Assembly (NCBI RefSeq): GCF_009914755.1
Contig: NC_060935.1
Length of the DNA: 64,000 bases
Strand: one strand, 5' to 3'
Source: the human T2T-CHM13v2.0 reference genome, Homo sapiens
The notes beneath the pieces are model-generated. The model saw only the letters and a list, made by a program, of their open reading frames with translations, did no database searches and had not been told where the DNA came from. This document shows, piece after piece, positions 1 through 13,791 of this stretch. The position numbers and the translations under genes were made by a program. Every line of letters starts with the position of its first letter. Position 1 is the first letter of the stretch.

Positions 1-89
1 CCAGTGTTTGACATAGTCATGTAATTGCTCTTTAGTCTTGCATCCCATGGTTATTGTGTATAAATGAATAAGCAAACAAATAAATGGAT

Positions 90-510
90 TCTATTTTCTA
101 TTGTTTTGTTAAGGATTTTTACATCTTTATTTATGAGCTATTTTGTATTGTTTTATTTGATTTGGAGATCTGAGGCTTCAGAAAAGGAAATTAGGAATTA
201 GGAAGAAGTGTTCCTTCACTTCTACTTTCTGGAGAAGACTACATGTAAGTGGTATTAACTCTTCTTTAAATGTTTGGTGAAATTCTTAAGTGAAGCCATT
301 TGGGTCTGGAGATTTTGAGTTTTAAATTATGAACCCAGTTTCCTAAGTAATTTACGCACTTTCAAATATCTATTTCATGTTAGGGAAGCTTGCGCTTTAT
401 GAGGATTGATTCATTTGATCTAATTTTTCAATTTCTGTGTCTAGAGCTGTTCATGGTATTTCCTTATTCTCCTAATGCTCGCATGATCTACAGTGATATT
501 CTCACAGGTA
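90..510 (-). mobile_element. Old LINE-1 (L1M) ORF2 fragment
   Basis: T-rich antisense L1 motifs, e.g. ttttgttaaggattttt and tttggtgaaattct..agtgaagccatttgggtctggagatttt. Confidence 0.75.
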
Positions 511-1529
511 ATTATTTTAATACATTACCGAACTGCCCCAAATCATAATAACACAAAAGCATTTGTCACGTCTTTCCCTTCTCTCCATGCTGACCCAGGC
601 TCCTGACCAGAAGTAAATAATGGGAACCGCTGAGTGACCTGTGTGAGAGTCACAGGTGTCAGGAGCCCTCCCTGGTGCTGCCCTCTTCCCACGCTCCCAG
701 TGACTGGGAAAGGATACAGGGGTGATGGCCAACACACAGAGCTGGATCTCCCTGTCAGGACTCAGTTGAGCTTCCAGGCTCCCACCCCAGAAAGTGCCTC
801 CTCTTGTAAAGTCAGAGAAACTTGGTCCTGGCTGAATGAACTTCAGCCCTACATAGCCCTACATATCCCTACATGTATCAAAGCAGCTGTAGCAGCAAGC
901 GCTCAAGGAGCTTAAGGAGAAGAAGCAAAGGACCAAGCAATGGAAATGGTAGAGAGAAGGAAAGGAGGGGGGTGAAGGCCTTGGAGGCTGACCTACAGGG
1001 ATGTTGGATGCCATGGCATGATCAGCGACTGAGATCCTTCCTCCCATCCTGCCACACGGACGTGCCCTGGGGAACGGTGGGTGTGAGCAGCGAGGAGATG
1101 CTGTTGATGGAGGCACAGCTGTTCCACTCCTCCCTTCTCAACTTGCTACCTGTAAAGAGCATCTCCGAGTGGATGGATAGCTTTTGAATCCTCTTACAGT
1201 TTTTCTTACTGAATTTTCATTAATAGCCTCCTCATCTCCAGAAATGTCAACTTTTTCTTCTTTCTTGAGAATCTGGAACCTTCAGGATAGAGGCCTCCTC
1301 TCAGTGGCTGCTCAGGATAATGAATATTTTCTTGGATTGAGGAGGACAACCCAGCTGCTCTCTGGGAAGGTGGTTCTGAGAATCCTCAGGTGCAATGTTT
1401 ATGATTAGGGGACTGGAGTAGCTGTGAGGGCCAAAATTAGGAAGACAGAGTGTGGACTTCAAAAACTTCTTGGCTGTAACTGGAGTGCTATTCTATTACC
1501 AGGTCAAGTCATTGTTCTCAAAATGTCAG

Positions 1530-1620
1530 ATAGTAATTCCTTTTATGGCTGAATGGTATTCCATTGTTTGAATATACATTTGTTTATCCATGCGTTGTTG
1601 ATGGACATTCAGGTCATTAT
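1530..1620 (-). mobile_element. L1M 3' fragment
   Basis: ttccttttatggctgaatggtattccattgt...ttatccat...gttgatggacatt is a standard antisense L1 motif. Confidence 0.65.
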
Positions 1621-1632
1621 AAATACAGCTTT

Positions 1633-1852
1633 TGTAATAGGCTGAAAAAGAGATGTTCATGTCTTAATCCCTGTGAATTAATCTGTGAATGCTATTTTAT
1701 AATATATGGCAAAAGGGACACTGCAGGTGTGATAAATTCAAGAACTTTGAGATGTAGAGATTATTCTAGATTATACAAGTGTGCCCAGATAATCACAACA
1801 GTCCTTTCAAGAGGAAGACAGGAGGCACTGGAGATAGAGAGGAGGAGGTGAT
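1633..1852 (+). mobile_element. MaLR LTR fragment (MLT1C/D-like)
   Basis: tgtaataggctgaa...atggcaaaagggac..tgcaggtgtgat...ttgagatg.agagattattctagattat...taatcaca matches the MLT1 5' half. Confidence 0.8.
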
Positions 1853-2944
1853 CTGATCGTGTTCTGTATGAATTCCATGTCCTTAATTTTCCTCCAGCTC
1901 TGAAATGTAGCTGTAGTCACAGCTCTGATTTCTGGTAGAGAATCCCATCAAACTGGAGATGGCCTCTCATTTAGGCAAAGGGAATGGCCCAGGAAGGACA
2001 TTCTGATTGTCACTTTTCTCCAGTGACCTCTGCCAGCAGCTAGTTTGCCCCTAATTTACTTTTCAGATTGCATTCACTCTGGGATCCTTTCTCTAAGTTT
2101 GTTTAACTTGAGGTAAAATAGTTTTCACAATTCTAGTTAAAATTACTGTGGCTGTTTATAAAATGCATTATCCTTGCTTCACAAAGAACCTTGGCAATTT
2201 CTGCAAATCAGTGTCTTGTCTGATGCCATTAAGAAGAGTTCTGGGAAAAGCAATAAGAGGAAGATTGGATGACCTTATGTATTTCTATCCACCTACATCA
2301 GATGCCACAACATTTAGAGAAATTGAGCCTAGGGCTTTGCATAAATTACTAATGATATTTAATTAGCATATTTAATATGTGTATGTACCACACACCCAAA
2401 TGTTTAACAGCATCTTAAAGAAATGAAAACAAAGCAGATAATAACTGATTATAATATGATTGATAAATAGAATCAGAGATAACTCGAGGAGTGAGTGTTA
2501 CTAAGCACATCCACTGATGAGCATGTCACTGCTGTCACTGAGCATCAACTAGGTCTCCAGATTTGCTAATTAGAACCAAGGATGACTGGGCTCCATAAGG
2601 ATAGCCATCTGTGGGGAGCTCACAACCAAGTGGAGGGAGCAGCTCTGGGCATTTCCACATGGAGCACCTGCGCTCCTCATCCACGACTAAGCAAGCAACA
2701 GATAAAAAAGAGCTTGGTTAGAATAGACCCTACACAAGCAGAATCAGATCAAGAACTTAAGGAGCCCAAAGTATATTAGGCACGAGAGTTCCTGAGGAAA
2801 ACTTGAGAGATCATTAGTCCTGACAATAGCTTTGAATTAGCAATAAATAACTCATCAGGCTGGACAGCAAGATGGGGAAATGCTCTTCTACTGAGCACTC
2901 CCTCTGGAATCATGGCAAGGTGCAAACCCTTTCAGAAGTTAATA

Positions 2945-3560
2945 GCTTTTATTTATTAGATCAGTTCTAGGCATACGGAAAAATTGAGTGGGAAGTTTAG
3001 GGTTTCCATATACCTCCTTCACTATGCAAGATGGTTCAACCTTCCCTGACTATCTTGTATTAATGTGGTACATTTGTTACAAGCAATGAGCCAATGGTGA
3101 CACGTTATTAACAAAAGCCCATGGTTTACACTAGGGGTCACTTTGTGTTATGCATTCTATGGGTTTTGACAAATACATAATGACATGTATCTGCTATTAC
3201 ATGGTCTTGGTACCTGTGAGGATCGGTTCCAAGTCCTCCCACTGATACCCAAACCATGTACACTCAAGCCTGCAGCTGGCCCCGGGAAACCGAGGGGTCT
3301 AGAAAGCCGGCCTTTCTTATGGGCAGGTGTTTCTGCCTGAGAACACTGTAAATTCAATCAGCATCTGGCTGTGGATGTGGAGCCCACAAATACAGAGGCC
3401 CACTATATTTGTTTTTAAAAAAATCCATGTATAAGGGGATCCACACAGGTCAAATCCACATGGTTCAAGGGTCAACGGATCATACAGAATAATCTCACTG
3501 CCCCCAAATCTCGTGTGCTCCACCTGGTCATCCCTCCTTCCTTCACCTCAAGCCCATGCA
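2945..3560 (-). mobile_element. L1MC-type 3' end, interrupted by a Tigger MITE
   Basis: gtggtacatttgttacaa..atgagccaat...cattctatgggttttgacaaat; resumes after 3480 (catacagaataat.tcactgccc). Confidence 0.75.
3200..3478 (+). mobile_element. TcMar-Tigger MITE (MER8/MER2B-like)
   Basis: 5' ggatcggttcca..cctcccactgatacccaaa and 3' aaaaaatccatgtataag...gttcaagggtcaac, typical Tigger-derived termini. Confidence 0.75.
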
Positions 3561-3564
3561 AAAA

Positions 3565-3950
3565 CATTTTTAAACTACTGAAGGAAAATAATCCGTCAGC
3601 TAAGAATTCCATACCCTTGAAAACCAGCTTTCAAAAACAAAGATATTTCCTGATATATAAAAGCTAAAAGAATTCAATTCTAGGAGAACTTCATTGCAAG
3701 AAATATTAAAGTAAATTCTTCTGACAGAAGTAAAATGATAACAGCTGGAAATCTGGATCAACACAAGGGACTGAAGATTACAGGGAACTGTAAATATGTG
3801 GTTAAATACAAAACATCGTTAACTCACTTTAAAGGTTAGAGAGAAGAATATTGTCATATGGCTTTTATACTATTACTGAAGTAATATATTAATTGAGGGA
3901 AGACTGGGATTGGCTGAAAATGTATACTCTGGACCCTAAAGAAACCCTTG
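3565..3950 (+). mobile_element. Old L1M/HAL1 ORF1 3' end and inter-ORF fragment
   Basis: tttaaactactgaaggaaaat...ctaagaattccatacc...ctttcaaaaacaaag...aaagctaaaagaatt resembles the L1 ORF1 C-terminus. Confidence 0.6.
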
Positions 3951-4033
3951 TTTCTAAGGATAAATCTGATGTGATTCCTATATATGTATGTACGTATTCC
4001 CTGTAAGCATTATGTCTTTCCTCCACCTCTGGC

Positions 4034-4036
<3 letters not shown>

Positions 4037-4064
<28 letters not shown>

Positions 4065-4348
4065 GAGAAAGAGTCTTGCTCTCTCCGTCACCCAGGCTGG
4101 AGTGCAGTGGCACAATTTATTTACTGCAACATCCACCTCCTGGGTTCAAGCAATCCTCCCACCTCAGCCTCCTGAATAGCTGGGCTTACAAGTGTATGCC
4201 ACCATGCCTGGATAATTTTTGTATTTTTAGTAGAGATGGGGCTTCACCATGTTGGCCAGGCTGGTCTCGAACTCTCGGCCTCAAGTGATCTGCCCGCCTC
4301 GGCCTCCCGAAATGCTGGGATTATAGGCATGAGCCACCATGCCTGGCT
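4037..4348 (-). mobile_element. Alu (AluS/J)
   Basis: Poly-T followed by full antisense dimeric Alu (cccaggctggagtgcagtgg ... gagccaccatgcctggc). Confidence 0.97.
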
Positions 4349-5389
4349 GCCATTATTTCTTTACAAGTATAGACCTCAGTGGGAGGCCACTGGAACTGCA
4401 CCCAGCTGAAGGAGGCAGGAGGCCTCACTGTTCCATCCAGGCCTCCTTCGTACCCTCTGCAGGTGAATGTATTGGGCTTGGTCCACTTTTTGTGAATATG
4501 AGAAATAGGACTAATTCCTCAAAGCTCTAGATGACGTTTGACCTAATCTAAAATCCTCCAAGTCATATTAATGGGATAGATAATTCCGCATGTTCATTGT
4601 CCTTTGAGACCACTGCCAACAGATATATAAAAAGCATGAGAATTATATATATATTTGTCTTTTCTTCATTAATGGAGCAAGACATCCCTTAGCCTCGGAA
4701 ATGTCTAAATCTACTACAGTACTGAAAAATGCTTATTTGTTGAATGTTTAAAATATATTACAGAACTAAATTGAAACATGACATGTTCTAGGGATTGTTT
4801 TGTTCACTATGTCTCTATGGGTCTCTTCCCCAGGCTTCATGGCTGTGGCTACAGACTTATGTCTCTTGAATGAAAGTGAATTGCTGAAGATGAGGTTGTT
4901 GACCTTCTTCTTAGAATAAGAATAAATAAATTTGATTTCTAGTATAAAGTTAACATGACATCCCTGATCTGTTTGGTCTGCTCAATGGGATTATTTGCTT
5001 TTAGAATTCTTGGCTTATTATTGAGTTTCTGACTCCCAGCATCGAGGGCCTCTTACTAAGCAAAACTTTTCTTCTCTAAAAAATTGAAAGTGACTGAGTT
5101 GCTCTTTAGAGAAAGGTCACTCTTCCATCCACTGGAACTCTTAGCACTGATTTTACCTCATAGAGACTGTACTTCATATGAGGAGGAGTTCAGCTGGGCC
5201 ATGGACCTGCTGTCAGACAGCAGAACATCTCTCCACTGCAGACCTCGCTTTGGAGACTTGTGGATTCACATTATACCATGTATGGCCTTGCATACGAGAT
5301 GGGGTAAACTGAGTCATTAGTAGAGCCATAAGCATGTCATCATGGGTTATATGTTAAGCTCCATTCAGAAGGTTTCTATATATGGGAAA

Positions 5390-5612
5390 CACTTATTGAG
5401 CACTTACTATGTGGCACAGCCTGCTAAGGGGTTTTTATATGTTCGTTCGGTTGTGCCTCATAACAAGCCTATGGTATAATAGTATAATGAGCCTCATATT
5501 AAAAGTACAGAGAGTTTACATACTATTTTCCAGGTAACAAATGGCAGAGTCGAAATTTGAGCTGTTATAGTCTTATTCTAGAGCCTGAACTCTTAATCAG
5601 AATACTATACTG
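5390..5612 (-). mobile_element. MIR SINE
   Basis: ttattgagcacttactatgtg...cctcataacaa.cctatg...tggcagagtc.aaatttga...ctagagcctgaactcttaa. Confidence 0.7.
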
Positions 5613-6687
5613 GCTTTCACCATATGAATTACAGCTTCTCCAAATATATACTCAGGGTAGAAGTTGTTATGCAGGGGGCACTGGATGTGCTGGATGTGCC
5701 AACGAGTAGGTACATGCACAGTTTTAAGTGTATGTGTTTGTGGGTATATGCTTGCACATGTAAGATGTATGTGCATACATTTATTGATTAACATGTTTAT
5801 TTGCAGTAATATGTTTGTGTTTATGTAAGTACATGTATGTATACAAATATGCACATATATATCCTGTGACCAGCAAAAGGTTTACATAAATGCATTGAAT
5901 AAACAGACAATAGAGGGGCAAGCTTGGGGGAGAGGGAGGGTGTATGCCTTATTTTCAGAAATAGTCCTTGTCAGAAGTTCTCTAGGTAATTTAAACTAAA
6001 GCTAATTTTCTTTTTACTTCCCTTGGCATATGAAGGCCTTGTCAAGGAGATAAAGCAAATGAGAGTGAATTGGAGGAGGAGGGATGTGGGAGATGAGGGT
6101 GGCAGGAGCGGACTGCATGGGGTGGAGCTGAGGGGTCAGAGACTGAGCTCTCCACCTGAAGACAGGAAGACCAGGGCATTCATTGGTCGTGAATTTCCAA
6201 TATCATCAGGTTAAGATGAAACTGCAGAGACCTGGCTTCCTTCTACCAAAGCCAACCACATGACAATCACGAGCGTTCCAAACAGGCAAAGCGATGTCTT
6301 AGGGCCAGAGCTTAGTCACCCTTCATAGAAACGCCTCCACACAGCCAGCCTTGGTGCCATGCTCCTTGACTCTGTCAATGATTTGTCAATACACGCAACG
6401 GTTACGTGAAGACTGTCCCCATCTTTCTGAAAAATGCAGCTGGGAACACTGCCAATAGAATGGTGAGTGTCCTCTTACTCGATGGCCTTAGGGGTATTCT
6501 TAGAGGTTAGTCGTTTCTCCAGACCAAATGGTAAGTTGAGTTTTAATAATGCACACATACTTTAGAAAATCCGATAATTCTTAAAGGATAATGAAGAAAA
6601 TAAGCCCCGCATAATCTTGCCAAGAGAGGACGATGCTTAGTGGCTGGGTGCATGTACATCAAGTTTTTATCATAAAGAACATGTACT

Positions 6688-6995
6688 GGCCGGTGAGGTG
6701 GCTCACGCCTGTCCTCCTAGCAATTGGGAGGCCAAGGTGGGCGGACTGCCAGAGCTCGGGAGCCTGAGACCAGCCTGGGCAACACGGTGAAACTCCGTCT
6801 AACTAAAATACAAACAATTAGCTGGCTGTGGCGGCATGTGCCTGTAGTCCCAGATACTTGGGAGGCTGAGGCAGAGAATTGCTTGAACCCAGGAGGTGGA
6901 GGCTGCAGAACCCAAGATCATGCCACTGCACTCCAGCCTGGGCAACAGAGCAAGACTCTGTCTCCAAAAAACAAAAACAAAAACAAAAAGCAAAA
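6688..6995 (+). mobile_element. Alu (AluS-like)
   Basis: Full Alu with (CAAAAA)n tail; target-site duplication aacatgtact on both sides. Confidence 0.97.
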
Positions 6996-7007
6996 ACATG
7001 TACTTCA

Positions 7008-7320
7008 GGCTGGGCATGGTGACTCATGCCAGTAATCCCAGCACTTTGGGAGGCCAAGGCAAGAGAATTGCTTGAGTCCAGGAGTTTTAAGACCAGCCTG
7101 GGCAACATAGGGAGACCTTATCTCTACAAATAATTTAAAAAATTATTTGGGCATGGTGGTGTGCGCCTATGGTCCCAGCTACTTGAGAAGCTGAGATGGG
7201 AGAAATCCTTGAGCCCAGGGAGGTCAAGGCTGCGGTGAGCCATGATTGCACCACTGCACTCCAGCCTGGGCAACAGGGTAAGACCCTGTCTCAAGAAAAA
7301 CATACTAACAAACAAAAATA
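7008..7320 (+). mobile_element. Alu (AluJ-like)
   Basis: Full Alu with J-type features (ttgagtccaggagtt, ggtcaaggctgcggtgagccatgatt, agaccctgtctc). Confidence 0.95.
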
Positions 7321-7724
7321 AACATGCATTTGGTAGTTGAGATCACTCTGTATCTATAGTTTTGTATCCTGTTCATTGGACGTAATATTAATTATAGTTA
7401 TTTTTTCTGTTATTAAACATTTGCAGAAATTACCATTTCAAATAGTTTGTGGTTTCACTGTAATTTATGTAAACATTTCCCTTTAGCCTCTTCTTTATGC
7501 CATTTAATTCTATTTAACCCCACTTTAAATATATTCTGAAACATCTCTAATAATTTCTGAGTGCAATAATATGATAATTGTGGGTAAAAATATAAATGTT
7601 TTTATGGTTCTTGACATAAATGCCTAGTTGTTTTCAGAAAGGTTATAAAAATTTATGATACTCTCACCAATAGTTTTTGGGTGTACTTGTCTCAGAGGAC
7701 TGCCTCTGGCATTAAGTTGATAGC

Positions 7725-7844
7725 TATATATATATATGTGTGTGTGTGTGTATAATATTTTATATATATCCATTACATGATATATGTGTGTGTATATGTA
7801 TACTATTTTATATATATCTACTATATTATATAGGTGTGTGTGTG

Positions 7845-7888
<44 letters not shown>

Positions 7889-7895
7889 CAGAGAG
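7725..7895. repeat. Compound (TA)n/(TG)n/(GA)n microsatellite
   Basis: Directly visible dinucleotide runs. Confidence 0.95.
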
Positions 7896-10170
7896 GGAAA
7901 GGGCTGGAAATTTGCTTCCTTTTGTTATATTGCTCTCTTTGCATGTGTTCAGGGTTCGTTTTTGCCTACATCCTAGGATCTATATTGATATGAAATGCTG
8001 ACCTAAATTTTTATAACTGTAATAATTATGTTCACTTGAGTTTTCTGCTATATGTTTGCTCACAGTGACATTTCTTGCACTGCCAAGCTAAGTTGACCCT
8101 TTGGAAGCCGAGACCCACCAATTCTCTGAAATGGTGAATATCCTATTAGTATCACCAGTGCCTTGGGCCTTGAAAAGCATGCCTTTGTGTTCAACCTTTA
8201 TGACCCCACATTTATACTCTGTGGAGTACACACAGCTTGATGGCAGTTTTTTGAAGTTCTTGTAGAAACCTAAACATAGGATCTGGAAGGCAAGTCCTCA
8301 AGAATCTCTTCTCTCCTTATCTTTTCATCTCCAGATGCCTTTCATGGGTCTTTTGTTTTGCAGGGGTTTTCCAAGACTAGATAGGTGTATATATAGTGCT
8401 GCTTTATTGGGGCAGATTGGAGCAGGAAGGAGAAATAATGAGAATGTCATAATAAAGGGTCCTGACCTGGACAGAGGCAGCCTCATCTGGTTCCCCGTCT
8501 CTCCTGCATTCCACACATTGGGACCAAGAGCACATGACTTTTCTGCTCCACTGATAATAATGAGTAGACATCTGGACCCAGAGCTTTCATGCAACAATTT
8601 GCTCAGGGGTAAGGTATGCAAGGTCTATGTGCACAGGGACTTGGGGAAGGAAACAGAAACCCCCAAAAGTCAGTGAGACAGCAGAATTTGAAAAGATGGC
8701 TCAGCCCTTCACAGCTAAGGCTGAAGCATGGGAGAAAAATTCAGGAAGATGTTTAAATTATCAGAGTATCACTCATGGGCAAGACGAGGACCCGTGTATG
8801 CAGGGACACTGTGCTGCAACCTGCTAGGAAAGAATTAGGAGGATTCTAACTGCAGTGTCTGATTGTTGGGAGATGCTAGGACTGGTTAATGTTGGCTAAA
8901 TGTTGAAACCAAATAAGCACAGAAAACAAAAACAGAGAAAAACAGCTGAAGTTAGGAGGACTGAGTCTCCCCAGCTGCTCTGAGCCCTCAATGAAGAAAG
9001 ACTTTAGCAGTTCCACAGGCCAGAGAGGGGACAAGGGCTGGGAGTAGATGGTCATATACCCTCCATGGCCCACTTCTGGAAGGAACAGATCAACAGCAGC
9101 CTGCCAACCCTTTGCCCTAATGGTACTACCAGTCTGGCAGCTCCTCCTGATTTCCAGCTGGGGTGGGGTCCTGTCAACAGCTAATTAGCATCCTGGAGAT
9201 CTCTGCCATCATAAGTAGCCACTTCTGGGTTTCTGAGTCTTCTGAAACAGAGGTTGGCCCTGGAAGCCTCTGCCTTCATGACTTGGACTTCCATGTTGCT
9301 CTGGGTCTTTGAGGCACTCCTGAATCAGGCTGGGCAGAAGTTCCCAGAATCTTTCATCAACATAAAAAGTCTTTTAGCAAATGACTTCTATGAGTCTTCA
9401 TTTCAAACTTCTTTAAGCTAACCAATATTAATGGAGCATATCCGCAGTCTAAGAAGTAACTCCAAGCTTGGGGAACTGACATCATCACATGAAGGTCCTG
9501 GACTAGCGCAGGGACTCAGATGAGCTCAATACAGGAAGGTCAGCGGTGCCCCTCTGCAAAAGCATGCATGCTGCAGCGTACACTGGAGTCAGAGAGATAT
9601 GAGGGGAAATTAACTCCTGAACTGTTTTGCAAGAGGGCTGTAGGCAATGTGCACAACTGAGAGGTCCTGGTGCGGTTCTGATGGAAGCTGGGAAGGCTAG
9701 AAGGAAGAGCTGAGGCATTGTAATTTACACATAATGTGACATGAACAGTGCCAACATTACGTTTCTTGCCTCAGAGTCAATCTTCACACTTTCTAAGGAA
9801 GAGGCCCTTCCAGGGCATTGGAAGTGAGAGCTGCTCCCTTCAAATGAAAGAGGGAGACCCTTTCTCCCACCTCAACCCCTACCATAAGTGAAGAAGTACC
9901 CTGGTTAGGCTCAGAAACAGAACTGAGGACTTGAGGGGAGTGGTTCTTATTGCTGTGTGGTGGCTGACACTCAGTGGCAGGTAGAAGGGGACCTCTCAGT
10001 GTTTCATCCAGACCGCTCTTACTCACTGGTGGCAATGGTGAGTAATAAATAAACAACAGTTTTGAGGGGGTGTAGGTGAATCAGTCAAGAATCCTTTCAG
10101 CGGCTTGTAGGTTTATCTTTCTCCAGAATAAGAAGTCTGGAAATAGGTAGCTGCTGAATCAATGATTTAG

Positions 10171-10613
<443 letters not shown>

Positions 10614-10904
10614 TATGTTCAGTTTCTTACTCCTACCAAAAATATAGGTTGCCCTAGAAACTCAAATGATTTTTTTTAACCTCTAATTATACAGAGTCCG
10701 GTCAAAAGTATTCCTGAGTACAAGAAAAGCTGGAAAAGGCAGTATCTGACTCATTAGTCTCTATAGTTTAAGCTAGTAATAGAGATGTGGGTTAGAGTAT
10801 GGGCTTTGAAAATGGGTTGATCAACCAACCTCATATGTTATATGTCCTTGAGATTGCCTAGATATTTCAGGACAATGTCAAGTTAGAAGGATTTTGCAAG
10901 GACC

Positions 10905-12405
10905 AATATCAATATTTGTATTAGATATAAATGGACTAAACACTCAAATTAAAAATGTTTTGTTATACTGCGTTAAAGAGTCAAGCCTGAGTATATATTG
11001 ATTAAAAAAGATGGATTTTAAATATAAATACTGATGTGCTAAAAGGAAAAGGAAAAAGAAAAGCTATACCATACAAGCACTAATTGTAAAAATTCTGGAA
11101 AAGCTATATTAATATCTGTAAAAGTATTCCTTTCAGGCAATGTATTATGTAGAGATAGAGATTAGACCTCTCCTAAAGATAAGAGGTTAACTCATGAAAA
11201 CAAAAAATTCTAAATGTATGTTCAACTGACAAAGTTTCAAAGTAGATGAAGAAAATCTGACACAAGAAAAGGCAGACAGAAAAATTTACAATTACAACTT
11301 GAGATTTTAATTTTCATTCTCAGTAATTAATGGAACTATTGTACTAAAAATGAGTAGTGATGTATACATTCTGAAGAGTATTATGAAATCACATTCAGTA
11401 GTTAAAACTTAGAAAACATGACACTCAGTAGCCACAAAATGGACATTTTAATTGAGAGTACATAGACACAATGTTGTGACAATATTGACCATATATTGAG
11501 CCACAAAGTCAATAAATTTCATGGGGTTCACATGACAGAGAGGCTATTCAGGACCACAATGAAATAAAATTAGAAAATCAACAAGAAAAATATATCCAGG
11601 TATTTCTCAAATATTCAAAATTTAAGCCAGACATTTCTAAAGAACTCACTAGTCAGAAAATAAATTATAATGAAAATGAGAACACACTTGAACTAAATTA
11701 TAAACCACATATATCCACATTTGTGGAAGACAGCTAAAACAATACTTTAAAGTATATAACTTTAAAAGTTTACAGTAAAAATAGGACATATTAAAATCAG
11801 CAATCTAAGTTTTCACCTAATTAGGTTAACAAGAAAAAATCCACATTAAACAAAGTAGGAAAAAAAAAAAGAGAGAAGCCAAAATCAATGAAACAGATAT
11901 CAAACAAATGTTAGAGAAAAATTTTTAAAAACTTACTCTTTTGAAAAGATTCAATAAAATTGATAAACTTTCTGTCTGATATAATCAAGAAAAAGGGAAG
12001 GAACAGATTATTTATATAGTCATTGAAAAAGGGAGCTATGACTACAGACCTTACAGGTATTAAATGACAAACAGGAGAATGTTATGAACAAATGTATGCC
12101 ACATTATTTTTTTGCAACATAGAGGAAGGGACACTTTTAAAAACGGTATTTACTAAAACACATAGAAAAGAGTAATAGGGAATTTGACTAGATTTATGTT
12201 AGTTAAACAAATTAAATTCCTAATTAAAAATCTTCCCAAAAGAAAGCCCCAGGCTCAGAGGGCTTCACTAGTAAAATCTATCAGGCATTTAAGAAAATAA
12301 AATACCAATCCTGCAAAAATTACGTAAAAATAAAGGAAAAGGTACCCTTCCTAACTTAGGAGGTCAGCATAACTCTGATATCGAAACTAGGTAATAACAT
12401 CATGT
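10905..12405 (+). mobile_element. Old LINE-1 ORF2 (endonuclease to pre-RT), degraded
   Basis: ataaatggactaaacactcaaattaaaa (NGLN.PIK), gagattttaa (GDFN), gaccacaatgaaataaaattagaa (DHN.IKLE), aaagcccaggctcagagggcttcact (SPGPDGFT-like); many stops. Confidence 0.9.
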
Positions 12406-12724
12406 AAGGCTGAGGATAAATTTCCCATTCCAAGGAAAACTGGGCTTAGGATGAGTTACTTAACTTTTTTAAAGTTTTGGCTTTTTAACATCAAAATCAG
12501 AATGAAACGACTTTCCTTGCAATGTCACTTGATGAATAGAGAATGGTGTGTGTGTGTGAGCTTGTGTGCATATTTCTTGCCCATAGCAGATGCACCATAA
12601 ATGGGAAATAGTATTAAACTATCTTAACATCATCTTCACATTATTGAAATGACCATATACCTTCCAGTGTGTCCACTCTGAAGGATGGCATGCACTTGGC
12701 TATGGCATGGATCAATTGATTAGC

Positions 12725-13260
12725 TGATTCAATGAATATTTTTTGAGCACCAAGTATGTCCTGGACACTTCATTAAGTATTGAATATAATAGAAAGCCAT
12801 GCACAAAACAAATTCCCTACCCACTTAGAACTTACATTCTATTGGAGAAGAGACAATCAACCAGTAAATATCAAACACAGAGAATATAGTGACAGATAAT
12901 GACAAGTGCTGCAAAGACAAAGCAGGAGTGGGGGGCAGAGCGAGTGGTGAGGACAGAGGTGCTGTTGTACACAGTGTATTCAGGGAGGCCCTCCAAGGAG
13001 GTAAAGTTTGAGCAGATAGTGGAATAACTAGAAAGGCTGACACAGGGAGACATCTAGGAGAAGTTTCAAAAAAAAAAAAACCAGCAGTGAGAACAAAGGT
13101 CAGGAATGTGTCTTGCCTCAGGGCCTGTGACTGCCCGGGATAGGAATGGGCAGATAGGGCGACCTGCACAGGAAAGGCTGAGACGGAGGTGTAGACCTCT
13201 GCTGTGCACAGGCTGTTGAGGAGGAAGCAAACCGTTTGGGATCCTGGAGTTTAGTGCTTG
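12725..13260 (-). mobile_element. L2 LINE 3' fragment
   Basis: attcaatgaatattttttgagcacc...cttacattctattggagaagagacaa...cagggaggccctc..aggaggtaa..tttgagcaga. Confidence 0.8.
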
Positions 13261-13328
13261 CTGTGCTCCTCCCTGATATCCACTGAGGGACAGAAGTTAC
13301 CAACACAAAGGCCCAACCTGTTCTCAGA

Positions 13329-13791
13329 TGTGGGGGCTACAAGTCCCCCAAAGGACTTTTCTACGTCAAAACCCTGGAACCTGTGAACGTGACCTTGTTT
13401 TGTTTAGTGAAAGAGTCATGGCAGACGTAACTAAATTTTAAAAATTGAGATGAGATCATCCTGGATTATCCAAGTGAAACCTAAATCCAGTGAAAAGTGC
13501 TCTTATAAGAGAAAGGCAGAGGATTTAAGACTCAGATGAGACGTCCACGTGAACACAGATGCAGAGGCTGGAATGATGCAGCCACACTTCAAGAGACCCT
13601 TGGAGCCAGCAGAAGCTGTCGGAAGCAAGGAAAGCTTCTCCCGTAGAGCCTGCAGAGGGAGCACTGGCCTTGGCCTGCTGACATCTTGATCTGGGGTTTC
13701 TGGCGTCCAGAACTGTGAAAGAATGAATTTTTATTGTTTTAATACACCCAGTGTGTGCCAATTTTTATGGCAGCCATGGGAAATGAATTCA
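13329..13791 (+). mobile_element. MaLR solo LTR (MLT1C-like)
   Basis: accctggaacctgtgaa.gtgacctt...gagatgagatcatcctggatta...ccagaactgtgaaagaat.aattt...atggcagccatgggaaa. Confidence 0.9.

Noticed and set aside
3984-4288. Alu-derived ORFs (LECSG/AGVQW peptides), also near 6.8, 10.3, 24.1, 30.1, 45.5 and 51.3 kb
   Set aside because: Standard translations of Alu sequence, not genes.
6455-6540. Consensus splice donors (G|GTGAGT, G|GTAAGT), also near 10038, and an acceptor-like tract near 37673
   Set aside because: No coherent exon chain or frame could be built; a lncRNA cannot be excluded without RNA data.
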